DNA from: a virus
Lineage: Duplodnaviria; Caudoviricetes
Length of the DNA stretch: 64,000 nucleotides
Direction: 5' to 3' (one strand)
Virus record (IMG/VR): IMGVR_UViG_3300015608_002119
Span: 64,001-128,000 of that record
Shown: positions 9,456 through 19,415 of the stretch, piece by piece
Layout of the letters: each line of letters starts with the position of its first letter
Position numbering within the stretch: position 1 is the stretch's first letter
The notes under the pieces: generated by a model
What the model was told of the DNA's origin: nothing
Database searches by the model: none
The model's input: the letters and a program-made list of their open reading frames with translations, nothing else
Translations under genes and position numbers: made by a program

Positions 9456-11234
9456 ATGTCACCGCCAAACAGAGAAAACATCAACGCCAATCGGGTTCTG
9501 ACCGGCGGGTCCGATCCGGGCGAACTTAACCACTCCAGGATCGAGCTAGCCAATCAGTCGGCAGGTACTGCACCAACAATATATCGTGCGGTTGTCGAAG
9601 AGGTAATCTATGACCCGAGGCGTTTAACACCGCAAGATAAAGACCGCATCAGAGCTGCCGTCGCAAACGCAACAGCTGTCGAACAGATAGCCGCCAACAG
9701 TGTCGTTGCCATCATGGTATCTGAAGGAGTAAGCAACGCCATTCAAACAAGGCTGCTGCTGGCCCCGTTTTTTCAGTCACACTTGATGTTGCCGGTTCAA
9801 GCGGGCGAACAAGTCTCCGTGGTATTTGACGACTTCCAGAAGTTCGGGTTTCTTGGTGGTAGATGGATCACTAGGCAACCAGACGGGTATCAGGTAGAGG
9901 ACGCCAACTTTACACACGGGGATAGGAGATTCACCCTTGATGCTAGCAGCGACATAGCCAGAACAAGTGAGCGGGGCAGTAATAGCAGTCAGAGAGTAAT
10001 CCCCGGCTTCCCAAATGGCGGAGACACGCTGGCAACGCGTACGCTGCCTGCCAACGGCAACGAGAACCCTTACAATGCGATATATGCAGCTTCCAGTGCA
10101 TCGATGATGCACTCCTATGAGGCTGTGCCAAGGTGGACAAAACGTCCACAAGAGCTAGTGTTGCAAGGAATGAATAATTCCTTGATTGTTCTCGGCCAAG
10201 ACCGGTCCGGGCCAGCGTCCGGCTCATTGACTGATGAGCATCGATATGCCGGTGCTGTTGATGTTGTGGTGGGTAGGTCGCGCTTCTTGCCAGAGCCGTG
10301 GTACGATGCCGTCACCGACCAGACTGCCACAGCGCCGTTAACAGCAATCAACTCTCGTGGACTTGTTGAGACTGACAAGTCTCCAGCATCAAACCGCAGA
10401 AGAGAGAGATTGCGCGAAGGCGATCCGGACTTTGCTAGAGACGCCGGGCGTCTGTACTTGTCGATGAAGACAAAAGGCGACGAGAACTTTGGCATCAACA
10501 AGACCGCCAGAGGTTCTACGGCGCAGGCAATGCTTCCTGGTTTTGGTACAAACTATTCGCCGCTAGCCATTTCACCAGCCGCAGCAACGGTTTCGAGCAG
10601 TGAGAACGTTGGGTCAAGCTATGCTGCACTAAAAGCCGATCATGTAAGAGTAATTGCAAGACGGTCTGTCCCTGGCGATATGGGTCCTGTGATCAGCGGG
10701 TCAATCATGCTGATCAAGGAAGGAACTGTGCGCACACCGCACAATCCGCTGGCACAGGCCGGGCCTGGGGATCATCAGGCGTTCTTTTATATGTCACCGG
10801 AGGGCCGCGTCCAGCTAGACGGTTTGCAGATCTTCTTTGGTGGGGCGGCACTCAGGGAGGAAGGAAACAACCCGGCGCCAGATCTCCCTGGTGATGCAAC
10901 CGGATCGGATGCTGACAGCCTTTCTGTGGGCTCTGATAATCGATTTGCTGGCGTTGAGCCATGGATACGCTGGTCTGAGTTCAAGAAGGTGGTCGAGGGC
11001 CTACAGAGGCAGATAAACGACCTGCACGACGCATATTCTGGACTTGTCGATGACATTGAAGCCGCCTCTGTTGGAAGCAGCTGCACGCCATTTGGACCTG
11101 ATACCGCATGGCAGCCACTTGCCACATCAAGCAGACTGAAGCGCACAACGCTCGATCGCGCTATAAGGCAACACCGGTCAAACACCAACAGTGCCGTGTA
11201 CCGTTCTCGTAGTGCCAAGCTATTTGGTCAATAA
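9456..11234 (+). CDS. baseplate hub / central spike protein (gp5-like)
   Basis: LPVQAGEQV (OB-fold-like), LVLQG.NNSLIVLG.DR, DVVVGR, RLYLS, KADHVRVIAR; just upstream of gp25/gp6-like genes. Confidence 0.6.
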   Translation: MSPPNRENINANRVLTGGSDPGELNHSRIELANQSAGTAPTIYRAVVEEVIYDPRRLTPQDKDRIRAAVANATAVEQIAANSVVAIMVSEGVSNAIQTRLLLAPFFQSHLMLPVQAGEQVSVVFDDFQKFGFLGGRWITRQPDGYQVEDANFTHGDRRFTLDASSDIARTSERGSNSSQRVIPGFPNGGDTLATRTLPANGNENPYNAIYAASSASMMHSYEAVPRWTKRPQELVLQGMNNSLIVLGQDRSGPASGSLTDEHRYAGAVDVVVGRSRFLPEPWYDAVTDQTATAPLTAINSRGLVETDKSPASNRRRERLREGDPDFARDAGRLYLSMKTKGDENFGINKTARGSTAQAMLPGFGTNYSPLAISPAAATVSSSENVGSSYAALKADHVRVIARRSVPGDMGPVISGSIMLIKEGTVRTPHNPLAQAGPGDHQAFFYMSPEGRVQLDGLQIFFGGAALREEGNNPAPDLPGDATGSDADSLSVGSDNRFAGVEPWIRWSEFKKVVEGLQRQINDLHDAYSGLVDDIEAASVGSSCTPFGPDTAWQPLATSSRLKRTTLDRAIRQHRSNTNSAVYRSRSAKLFGQ

Positions 11235-11956
11235 TGGCAACACCATCTGACACAGGACAGGCCCAGAGAGAGGCGGCAAGCACGTCTACCAGACTCGCAG
11301 CAGAGGCACGTGACCAAGCCAACGCATCGGCAAACTCCGCACAGGTCCAAGCGTTACAGGCTGCCGTCAGTTCGTTACCGGCCCCAGTGAACATCGCGGC
11401 CAACGGGCTTTCAACTGTGATCTATGCAGTGATCAGAGCCAAACCGTTACCAACATCAAGTACAAACCCGGCCTCAGACCCAGCCAAGGTGTTTGCCCTT
11501 GGGATGGCTTACGCTGTGCTGTCAACGGTATGGTGTTTCATTAAAAGCATACTGAACCCACTGCCATTCATCGGTTCATTCTTCCCCTTGTGTGAACCCG
11601 ACAACAACCAACAAATAACACGAGCTCTTGCAGCAACTCGCGATGGTGACCAGCAGTCGTCATCTGGTGCTGTATCGGGCGTTGCCACAAACGTGCCAAC
11701 CGCCGAGCCAGATCAACAAGGCAGAGGAATGACGTTTACCGAGTTCCTGGCTACCATAAGTGCCACTGGCGCACCATCGACGGCCGGTGCCATGCCACCA
11801 TCCAGTTCTCAAGCTGGCACCATACTGTTGACAATGACGGGCAGTGACGCGCCGGTACAATCGGCCGTTCAGCCAACAGGCACTGCAAACACAGTACGGC
11901 AGCAACAGCAAGACCCGGCCAACAGTGATGCGCTTCGCCGCATGTTTGGCATCTAG
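11234..11956 (+). CDS. hypothetical protein (baseplate region)
   Basis: Translationally coupled ORF, low complexity, with a hydrophobic centre. Confidence 0.5.
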   Translation: MATPSDTGQAQREAASTSTRLAAEARDQANASANSAQVQALQAAVSSLPAPVNIAANGLSTVIYAVIRAKPLPTSSTNPASDPAKVFALGMAYAVLSTVWCFIKSILNPLPFIGSFFPLCEPDNNQQITRALAATRDGDQQSSSGAVSGVATNVPTAEPDQQGRGMTFTEFLATISATGAPSTAGAMPPSSSQAGTILLTMTGSDAPVQSAVQPTGTANTVRQQQQDPANSDALRRMFGI

Positions 11957-11968
11957 TATTTAGACAAC

Positions 11969-12445
11969 ATGCGCAGCTTCAAGAGCGTTGGGTTGACTGG
12001 TACACAAGTCAACGACGCCGTAACAGCGACAGAAACAACAAGACTTGCCATCGGAATTGTCACGCCACTTAGCGAGGGACGTGATGATGAGGGCATTCTG
12101 GCGATGAGCTATGATGTCGGCCAGCAGCTCAAAAACAACTTTCGCGACCTGCTGATGACAAACTGGGGCGAGCGTGTATGCATGTACGATTATGGCGCCA
12201 ATCTTCAGCCGCTGGTCACGGAGTACGAGAACGGCCGTGAGCTGTTTGAGCAGGAGGCAATTGCCAGAATATCTGCGGCCGTTCAGAAGTATATGCCATA
12301 CGTCGAGCTCGATGACTTTGACAGTGAGAAGGTAGAGTCGGAGTCTGGTTTTGGGCTTGGCGTAGTGGCCGTGCGCATCAGCTATAGCATACCAAGAGCG
12401 AAGGTAGCTAAATCCTGGATCGAGCTTCGATTTTCTCTGTCATGA
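11969..12445 (+). CDS. baseplate wedge protein, GPW/gp25 family
   Basis: QLKNN...LLMTN.GER....YGANL...I..AV.KYMPYV. Confidence 0.85.
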   Translation: MRSFKSVGLTGTQVNDAVTATETTRLAIGIVTPLSEGRDDEGILAMSYDVGQQLKNNFRDLLMTNWGERVCMYDYGANLQPLVTEYENGRELFEQEAIARISAAVQKYMPYVELDDFDSEKVESESGFGLGVVAVRISYSIPRAKVAKSWIELRFSLS

Positions 12446-12474
12446 CCTGATTTGATACCTACAATCACAGGGCC

Positions 12475-14346
12475 ATGCCAATCGATACACGCCAATCAGC
12501 GTTACGTCCAGCGCGTAACTTAAAGTACGTCAACAAGGACTTCGACTCGTTCAGAGCCGACCTGGAAGAGTACGCCAGGACATTCTTTCCAAACAAGATC
12601 CAAGACTTTTCAAGCAATGGGTTTGGCGGTCTGCTCATCGAACTAGCCAGCTACATTGGGGACGTGCAGTCTTATTATCTCGATCACCAGTTCGGGGAGC
12701 TAAACGCCGAGACCGCCGTTGAGCCCGGCAACGTTGAGAAGTTGCTCAGGGAAGCAGGTGTGCAGATCGTTGGCGCAGCCCCGGCAGTGGTATATGAGAC
12801 GTTTTACGTCAGGATTCCAGCAGATCAAGCGAACAACCTGACGTTTGATCGTACCGCGCTACCGATCATCAAGGCCGGTACCAGCGTGAACTCAAATGGG
12901 GGTGTGCAGTTCCAGCTGGTTGACGATATAGATTTTACCACCACCAAGTCCGACGGCACGCCAGCATCCAACATCTCGTATGTTGTAGGTGATGTCGATG
13001 CGTCCGGTAATCCGATTGACTACGTCTTTAGCGCCAACGGCGCATGTATTTCCAGCATAACCACCACAGAGTCATTTACCGTGGATGGCTTTGAGTCTTT
13101 CAAGAGATATACACTTGAGAACACAGACGTAACTGACATCATTTCGGTTACCGACTCTAACGGCAACACCTACTATGAGGTAGAGTTTCTAACTCAGGAC
13201 ACCGTGTTCAAATCACGGCGTAACGCCGTATCCATGGCAGACTCACCATCAGACCAGCCGTACGTCGAGTCTGCCCTTGAGATTGTACCAGCGCCGTACC
13301 GGTTCTACAGAACGACCAGCCTCGATACTAGGCTTACAACTCTCACGTTCGGCGGCGGTAACGGCAGTGTAATGGATGACGATCTCGTGCCGGACCCGAG
13401 CGAGGCCGCTTTGCCGCTATATGGCAAGACTAACTTTTCACGGTTCTCGATCGATCCAAACAACCTACTGCGAACCAGTACGCTTGGGGCTATAGCCCCT
13501 GATGTGACAATCACTGTGACGTATCGGTCGGGCGGCGGAAGAAGCCACAACATCGCGGCAGGCAGTACGTCCGATATAGGCACACTGATAATGGAGTTTC
13601 CCAACAATCCTTCAGCTTCGGTCGCATCTGGTGTCAGGCTGTCGGCCGACGCGAACAACGACAAGCCAGCTTCGGGCGGCGATGATCCGCCAACGCTCGA
13701 CGAGCTCAAGTTGCAGATACCATCGGCACGAAACGCTCAGGCCAGGATCGTTAGCAAACCAGACGTCCTTGCAAGAATATATTCGCTGCCGTCAAACTTC
13801 GGGCGTGTGTACAGGGCCAGCATACACGACAATCCCAACAACAAGAACGCCGCGCTCTTGTATATCCTTTGCAGGAATGCCAACGGCGAACTGACACTAG
13901 CACCCGACCTGTTGAAAAAGAACCTTGCAACGTACCTGAACACGTATCGAATGATCTCGGACGCGATTGATATCCTGGACGGTCGAATCATCAACATTCA
14001 AATCAACTATGACATTACGATCGATCCAACATTCAACAGGCAACTAGTGCTGCAAAACGTTCAGGCAAAGTTGATTGAATACTTCAACACAAACAACTTC
14101 CAAATGGACCAACCGCTTCTGCTGGATGATGTGCGTAACATCATCTACAACAACCAAGGCGTGATTGCGGTAAGAGGCATTAACGTATCGAACGTGACTG
14201 GCGACATAGGAGACCGGTCATACAGCAACGTACGGTATGACGTGGCCACAAACCTGATCAACAGCTCGATTCTTATTCCACCGGCCGGTGGAATGTTTGA
14301 GCTCAAGTATAAGTATTCGGATATCATCGGCAGAGCCAACGGCTAG
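12475..14346 (+). CDS. baseplate wedge protein (T4 gp6 / P2 J-like)
   Basis: Y.NKDF..FR..L..YA..FFP...DFS, ELASYIGDV..YYLD.QF.E, A.GG.D, Q.RIV...D. Confidence 0.85.
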   Translation: MPIDTRQSALRPARNLKYVNKDFDSFRADLEEYARTFFPNKIQDFSSNGFGGLLIELASYIGDVQSYYLDHQFGELNAETAVEPGNVEKLLREAGVQIVGAAPAVVYETFYVRIPADQANNLTFDRTALPIIKAGTSVNSNGGVQFQLVDDIDFTTTKSDGTPASNISYVVGDVDASGNPIDYVFSANGACISSITTTESFTVDGFESFKRYTLENTDVTDIISVTDSNGNTYYEVEFLTQDTVFKSRRNAVSMADSPSDQPYVESALEIVPAPYRFYRTTSLDTRLTTLTFGGGNGSVMDDDLVPDPSEAALPLYGKTNFSRFSIDPNNLLRTSTLGAIAPDVTITVTYRSGGGRSHNIAAGSTSDIGTLIMEFPNNPSASVASGVRLSADANNDKPASGGDDPPTLDELKLQIPSARNAQARIVSKPDVLARIYSLPSNFGRVYRASIHDNPNNKNAALLYILCRNANGELTLAPDLLKKNLATYLNTYRMISDAIDILDGRIINIQINYDITIDPTFNRQLVLQNVQAKLIEYFNTNNFQMDQPLLLDDVRNIIYNNQGVIAVRGINVSNVTGDIGDRSYSNVRYDVATNLINSSILIPPAGGMFELKYKYSDIIGRANG

Positions 14347-14358
14347 TAAGGCACACCA

Positions 14359-15942
14359 ATGTTCAGGATTATCAGGGCAGATAAAGACACATACATCTGC
14401 AACAAGATCATCAGCAGCACACGTCCAACGTTTTCAAGGTCGACCGACGCGAACGTAGGTCAGGCTGCCACGCTCGACCTGTATAAGCTGTACAATGAAA
14501 CCACGGTACCTTCCGGTTCGTCTGGTATAGAGTTAAGCCGAGGTTTGGTACGCTTTGACCTCTCGCCGCTTCGTGCATTGACTGGTTCAATCCTGAACTA
14601 CGCTAGCAGCAGCTTTAAGTGCTATCTCCAGTTGAAGGACGTGTACGGAGGCCAGACGGTTCCCTCTAATTTCACTCTGGCGGTGCATCCGCTAAACAAG
14701 GCATTCTCAGAAGGACGTGGCACAGACGTAATCGGGTACAGAGACCTGGACGCCGTCAACTGGATAACGTCATCGATTGACAATGGAACTGTTACGGCCT
14801 GGACCAGTGGCGGGTGTGGTTATGGTGCTAGCTCGGACGACGTTAATGCCGATTATCTGACCTTCTTCTCCTCCTCTCTTGGTTATGTTCCACTGACCAC
14901 CTCGCAGTCGTTTGCTAGAGGTGATGAAGACTTGTATGTGGACGTAACCACGGCAGTTTCTGCAACGTTGGCCGGATTGATCCCAGACTATGGGTTCAGA
15001 ATTGCATTCTCAGGCTCGCAAGAAACTGATTCTGTTACGCGGTTTGTGAAGAGGTTCAGCACAGCACAATCTCAAAACACCAATCGTCACCCAGCTCTTG
15101 TTGTCAAGTATGACAATTCAGTGTTTGACAATCAAGCCGAGTGTTATTTTGATTATCCAAACAGAATCGGCACATATCACAGCATGTTCGGGCAAGCCAG
15201 TAATTTCGTGTCTGGCGCCTTCCCGGTCACCGGGTCCGGATCGATCATGCTTGAGTTGGCCGCTAGTCAGAGCGCATACGTGCTGGTGACAACTTACAGC
15301 CTCAGTCATTCCGCGTCAATCAGCTATATGTCGGCCAGCTGGGTTTACTTTTCCCAGTCCTTTACCGGTTCACAGCTATTTGTCGGCGGAATTGGCCAGA
15401 CCGGGTCGTATTATGCGGACGTATACCTCCCGAGGCTCACCAGCGGCTTATCTGGGGCCTTGAACAGTTCGGGCGAGGGAATGTTCGTCCCAACGTGGAA
15501 GTCGCCGGAAGGGGCCGTTATATTCGACGTAGGGCCATCTATTACGTTTCGACCCCAAGCCGGTTCCAGGTCGTCGATCCCATCGTCGCGCAACCTTGTC
15601 GTCAACATCACCAACCTTAAGGGCTCATACATCACAACTGAAGCGCCAAGACTTAGGGTTTTGGCGGTGGATTATGACACGACGCTTAACTCTTTCTACA
15701 TGCCATACCAAGCAAAACCACGTATATTCCGTGATGCGTTCTGGCGTCTTGTAGACCCATACACCAAGGACGTGCTAATACCGTTCGACGACAGTGCGAC
15801 GCGTCTATCATCCGATGGTGACGGCATGTATTTTGATATGTGGATGTCGGATGTGCCGATAAACAGGCCATACGAGTTGCAGTTGATGATTGACGGCTGG
15901 CTTGTCGAAAACCATGGGTTTGTATTTAGAGTCGTAACGTAG
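14359..15942 (+). CDS. virion structural protein (DNRLRE-like N-terminal domain)
   Basis: KDTYI, SRGLVRFDLS, D.YVDVT..V; Ser/Thr/Gly-rich; in the baseplate operon. Confidence 0.6.
   Translation: MFRIIRADKDTYICNKIISSTRPTFSRSTDANVGQAATLDLYKLYNETTVPSGSSGIELSRGLVRFDLSPLRALTGSILNYASSSFKCYLQLKDVYGGQTVPSNFTLAVHPLNKAFSEGRGTDVIGYRDLDAVNWITSSIDNGTVTAWTSGGCGYGASSDDVNADYLTFFSSSLGYVPLTTSQSFARGDEDLYVDVTTAVSATLAGLIPDYGFRIAFSGSQETDSVTRFVKRFSTAQSQNTNRHPALVVKYDNSVFDNQAECYFDYPNRIGTYHSMFGQASNFVSGAFPVTGSGSIMLELAASQSAYVLVTTYSLSHSASISYMSASWVYFSQSFTGSQLFVGGIGQTGSYYADVYLPRLTSGLSGALNSSGEGMFVPTWKSPEGAVIFDVGPSITFRPQAGSRSSIPSSRNLVVNITNLKGSYITTEAPRLRVLAVDYDTTLNSFYMPYQAKPRIFRDAFWRLVDPYTKDVLIPFDDSATRLSSDGDGMYFDMWMSDVPINRPYELQLMIDGWLVENHGFVFRVVT
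14878..14894 (+). repeat. 17-mer CTTGGTTATGTTCCACT, copy 1 (inside a CDS)
   Basis: Identical to 36838-36854 and 42394-42410. Confidence 0.85.
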
Positions 15943-15954
15943 CGCACATACAAC

Positions 15955-18900
15955 ATGCCAACAACACTGTCACCGAGCGAGCGACTTCTTAGGCTAAGAC
16001 CGGGGACATTCAGCCCGTCGGTGGTGCGTGGGTTGACAAGGCCAGACGGCGGGCTTGCTTCTGTCAATGCTGAAAACGGCCAACTTGTAACCACAACAGC
16101 AATCGGCGAGACCGGGTCTTACCGGTACGATACCGGGTATGGCGTCAAGTCAACACAACAGCTTAACGTTGATTGGTCGGACTTCACCAACCACGTGTTC
16201 TTCAACTCCGCACAGGTGAAGGTAAACGCGGCGTTCAACAAGATCATTGACCGGTACCCATTCGATGGAACATCGAAGGAAACGGAGCTGTTCTTTGATG
16301 GTTTGACCGGTTTTGAGCGCTATGTGTACGACAGTCTACCGAAGAACAAGGGGTACTTGTTCTTCTCTGGGTCTAACACCGGCGATCCTGTGACATACGG
16401 CACGTGGGTTACGGTCAAGGATATAGCCGGTACGTCATTCCCCTTGTTGACAAAGCAGCCGGATGGTGCAAACCGCCTGGATCCGCTGAGCAGCTCTGTG
16501 ACATTTCAGATGCAGCTTTGGTTGCCGTCCGGCTCAAACAGCAACCAGATCGTGTTTCAGAAGATGTCGACCATTGCTGCCGGTGAGCAGCACGGCATTG
16601 GTTGTTTTGTTAGCAGTAGCGCCGTAAGCACTGCCCCGGTCAGCTTCTATGTGGTGTCTGGTTCGGTCAACGTGCTGTCCGTATCGGTCGATGTCAACAA
16701 GGGATCTTGGACACCGGTAGCATTCGTTTGGGACAGGACGACTGGTGAGCTGCGCTCATATGTCAGCGGCGCGTTGTTCTCGTCTAGTAGTAACAAGGCA
16801 ACGCTTGGCAATCTCAACTTTGCTACGGCAAGTATGCTCATCGGCACAGGCAGCAACATATCTGTGCCTCTGTTTACTCCACAGACAACGTTCAGCGGTG
16901 CCATCGACGAGTTTCGCTACTATAAGTCGGTTGTTACGACGGGCAGCATGGTCAGCTACCAGAGCTCGTCGATCTATGCAGACCCGAGCGGGTCCTTGGC
17001 CTTGTACTTCAAGTTCAATGAGCCATCCGGATCATCTACCAACCTAGTGATTGATAGCTCAGGCAACGGCATGCATGGCACACTTAACAGCTATGCCGCC
17101 GACACACTGCTTGTTCGTAATGTCAGCACGGGCTCGCTGCCGATCGGGTCTGACCCGATGGCGTATGAAGATATACGCAAGTGTCCTGTCCTGTTCCCAG
17201 ACCATGTTGACGTACAAGCGTTGCGTACGTCGCTGCTGAGTGATGCATCGAGCTATGACTCAGACAATCCAAATCACATCATCAAGCTGATACCAAAACA
17301 GTTCTTGTTGTATGGGCAACAGCAGAACGCGTTCTCTACGGAGGAAGGGCAGCTGCATGATTTGACGTACGGGTCCGAGCCTGGGTCTGTGGCGCTCGGC
17401 AACACACAAACACTGTTGTCGCTGCTGTATATGTGGGCGTCGTTCTTCGACGAAATGAAGATCTATCTCGATGCGTTCTCAACCCTGAGACATGTTGATT
17501 ACGACAACTACGATACAGTCCCTGACGTATTCCTAAAGGAACTTGCAGACTTCTACGGGCTTGAGTTGCCGCCATTGTTTGTTGGCTCTACGGTTGAGCA
17601 GTTCATAAATGGCAACAACATTACGCCATCGATCGTCAACTCGGAGAACACGCTACAGTACCTACAAAACCAGATATGGCGACGCATCCTGATCAACGCC
17701 AACGACATTCTCAAAAGCAAGGGCACTTTGCACTCCATAAAAGCGCTCTTACGTGCTGTTGGCATTGACGGTGACAACATATTCAGGTTCAAGGAGCACG
17801 GCGGTCCTGTGCAAAGGTCGCTTACTGCGTTACGCGAATCACGCAACGAGGTTGGCGCAATGCTCAACCTCAGTGGCGGCGGCTGTTTTCAGACACCTTC
17901 GTTGTCTGGCAGTCGAGTCGAGCCTGGAGTACCGTTGCCAAGCGGCTCCTTCGTTACGAGCTCTGCAACTGGCCGCAACGCCGGAACAACATATGCGTCA
18001 GACGGCTTGTACACGAGCGGATCATGGACAATTGAAGGGATATGGGTGTTCCCATCGTCAGGCTCGTATGTTGCGTCACAGTCGCTGGTAAGGTTACAAA
18101 GCTCTGGTAGCAGTGGTCATCACATTCTCGCCAACCTGTTTGCTGTATCAGGTTCCGGGCTTTACCTGTATGCGCAGCCAAACAGCTCATCAGTCGTAAC
18201 AGCCCTGACAATGTCACTCACTGGCGCTAATGTGTTTGACGGTCAAGCATGGAATGTTTCTTTTGGTAGAGAACGCGGCGACGACTTCGTCGGCCAGCAC
18301 TCAAGCTCCTACTTTCTCAGGGCTGCGCGTAACAGCTTTGGCGACGTGGTCGAGCAATACGTCACCAGTTCACTATTCAACGACAACTACAACGGCGACA
18401 ACATGCTTCAGCGGGTGGATAGCGACAGCAACGCGTCAGGTTGCTTCGTCGCTGTTGGCTCATCAAGCCTGTCCTTTGCGCTTAACGATAGGTTTGCTGA
18501 TCTTCAGTCCACACAAACACTGCAAGGAAGAGTCGCACAGATACGGTTCTGGTCAAAGGCGCTCACAATCGCGGAATGGAAGGAACATGTTAGAGACTTT
18601 AAGTCGCTTGGAGTAGAGAACCCTCTGAGCAACTTCAACTTCTCAACGAACAGCTCCGGGTCGTTTGAGCGATTGCGGCTTGACATATCCACAGACCAGC
18701 CAGTCACCGCCCCAGACTCCTCTGGGATCATCCGACTGTTCGACTTCTCTCAAAATGCGCTTCATGGGTCTGGTACTGGTTTTCCAGTAACCTCATCTGT
18801 GATTGTGCCGCAGCGATTCTACTACTCGTTTATCTCACCAAAATTCGATGAGTTCACGACAAACAACAAGGTACGCGTGCGCAGCTTCCAAGACCTCGAT

Positions 18901-19404
18901 GCAGTCATCAATGATGAGGCGGCGTATGCCATAGAAGCCCCGGCGTACGAGATAACCCAGGAGCAAACACCACAAGATGATGCTATGTTCAGCATTGACT
19001 TCAGCGCAGTTGACGCTGTCAACCAGGACATGGCTGGGATGTTTGCGTCCCTGAACATACTAAATGACATTCTCGGTGCGCCAAACATGATGTTTTCCGG
19101 TGATTACCCAGACCTTACGAGCCTGCGAAACATATACTTCAACCGACTTGTTAGCAGCCTGAACCTAAGAAACTGCTTCGCGTTCTACAAGTGGTTCAAC
19201 ACTAACATCGGAAAGCTGATAGCCCAACTAATTCCGCGCAAGACTGTCTATAGGGGCACAAACTACGTGATTGAATCACACATGCTCGAACGGCCAAAGG
19301 TCGAATACCATTTCGAAGACATGTACATTGGTAACAGCAACCGTAACGTGCAGAAGCCAAGCATTACCATACAACAACTGACCGGCAAACTCAGAAAGTA
19401 TTAG
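15955..19404 (+). CDS. large baseplate protein with LamG-like domains and a P2 I/gp7-like segment
   Basis: FSGAIDEFRYY, YFKFNE, IDSSGNG.HG; IWRRIL.N...LKSKGT..SIKALLR..G; GRVAQIRFW. Confidence 0.7.
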   Translation: MPTTLSPSERLLRLRPGTFSPSVVRGLTRPDGGLASVNAENGQLVTTTAIGETGSYRYDTGYGVKSTQQLNVDWSDFTNHVFFNSAQVKVNAAFNKIIDRYPFDGTSKETELFFDGLTGFERYVYDSLPKNKGYLFFSGSNTGDPVTYGTWVTVKDIAGTSFPLLTKQPDGANRLDPLSSSVTFQMQLWLPSGSNSNQIVFQKMSTIAAGEQHGIGCFVSSSAVSTAPVSFYVVSGSVNVLSVSVDVNKGSWTPVAFVWDRTTGELRSYVSGALFSSSSNKATLGNLNFATASMLIGTGSNISVPLFTPQTTFSGAIDEFRYYKSVVTTGSMVSYQSSSIYADPSGSLALYFKFNEPSGSSTNLVIDSSGNGMHGTLNSYAADTLLVRNVSTGSLPIGSDPMAYEDIRKCPVLFPDHVDVQALRTSLLSDASSYDSDNPNHIIKLIPKQFLLYGQQQNAFSTEEGQLHDLTYGSEPGSVALGNTQTLLSLLYMWASFFDEMKIYLDAFSTLRHVDYDNYDTVPDVFLKELADFYGLELPPLFVGSTVEQFINGNNITPSIVNSENTLQYLQNQIWRRILINANDILKSKGTLHSIKALLRAVGIDGDNIFRFKEHGGPVQRSLTALRESRNEVGAMLNLSGGGCFQTPSLSGSRVEPGVPLPSGSFVTSSATGRNAGTTYASDGLYTSGSWTIEGIWVFPSSGSYVASQSLVRLQSSGSSGHHILANLFAVSGSGLYLYAQPNSSSVVTALTMSLTGANVFDGQAWNVSFGRERGDDFVGQHSSSYFLRAARNSFGDVVEQYVTSSLFNDNYNGDNMLQRVDSDSNASGCFVAVGSSSLSFALNDRFADLQSTQTLQGRVAQIRFWSKALTIAEWKEHVRDFKSLGVENPLSNFNFSTNSSGSFERLRLDISTDQPVTAPDSSGIIRLFDFSQNALHGSGTGFPVTSSVIVPQRFYYSFISPKFDEFTTNNKVRVRSFQDLDAVINDEAAYAIEAPAYEITQEQTPQDDAMFSIDFSAVDAVNQDMAGMFASLNILNDILGAPNMMFSGDYPDLTSLRNIYFNRLVSSLNLRNCFAFYKWFNTNIGKLIAQLIPRKTVYRGTNYVIESHMLERPKVEYHFEDMYIGNSNRNVQKPSITIQQLTGKLRKY

Positions 19405-19415
19405 AAAGCATCACC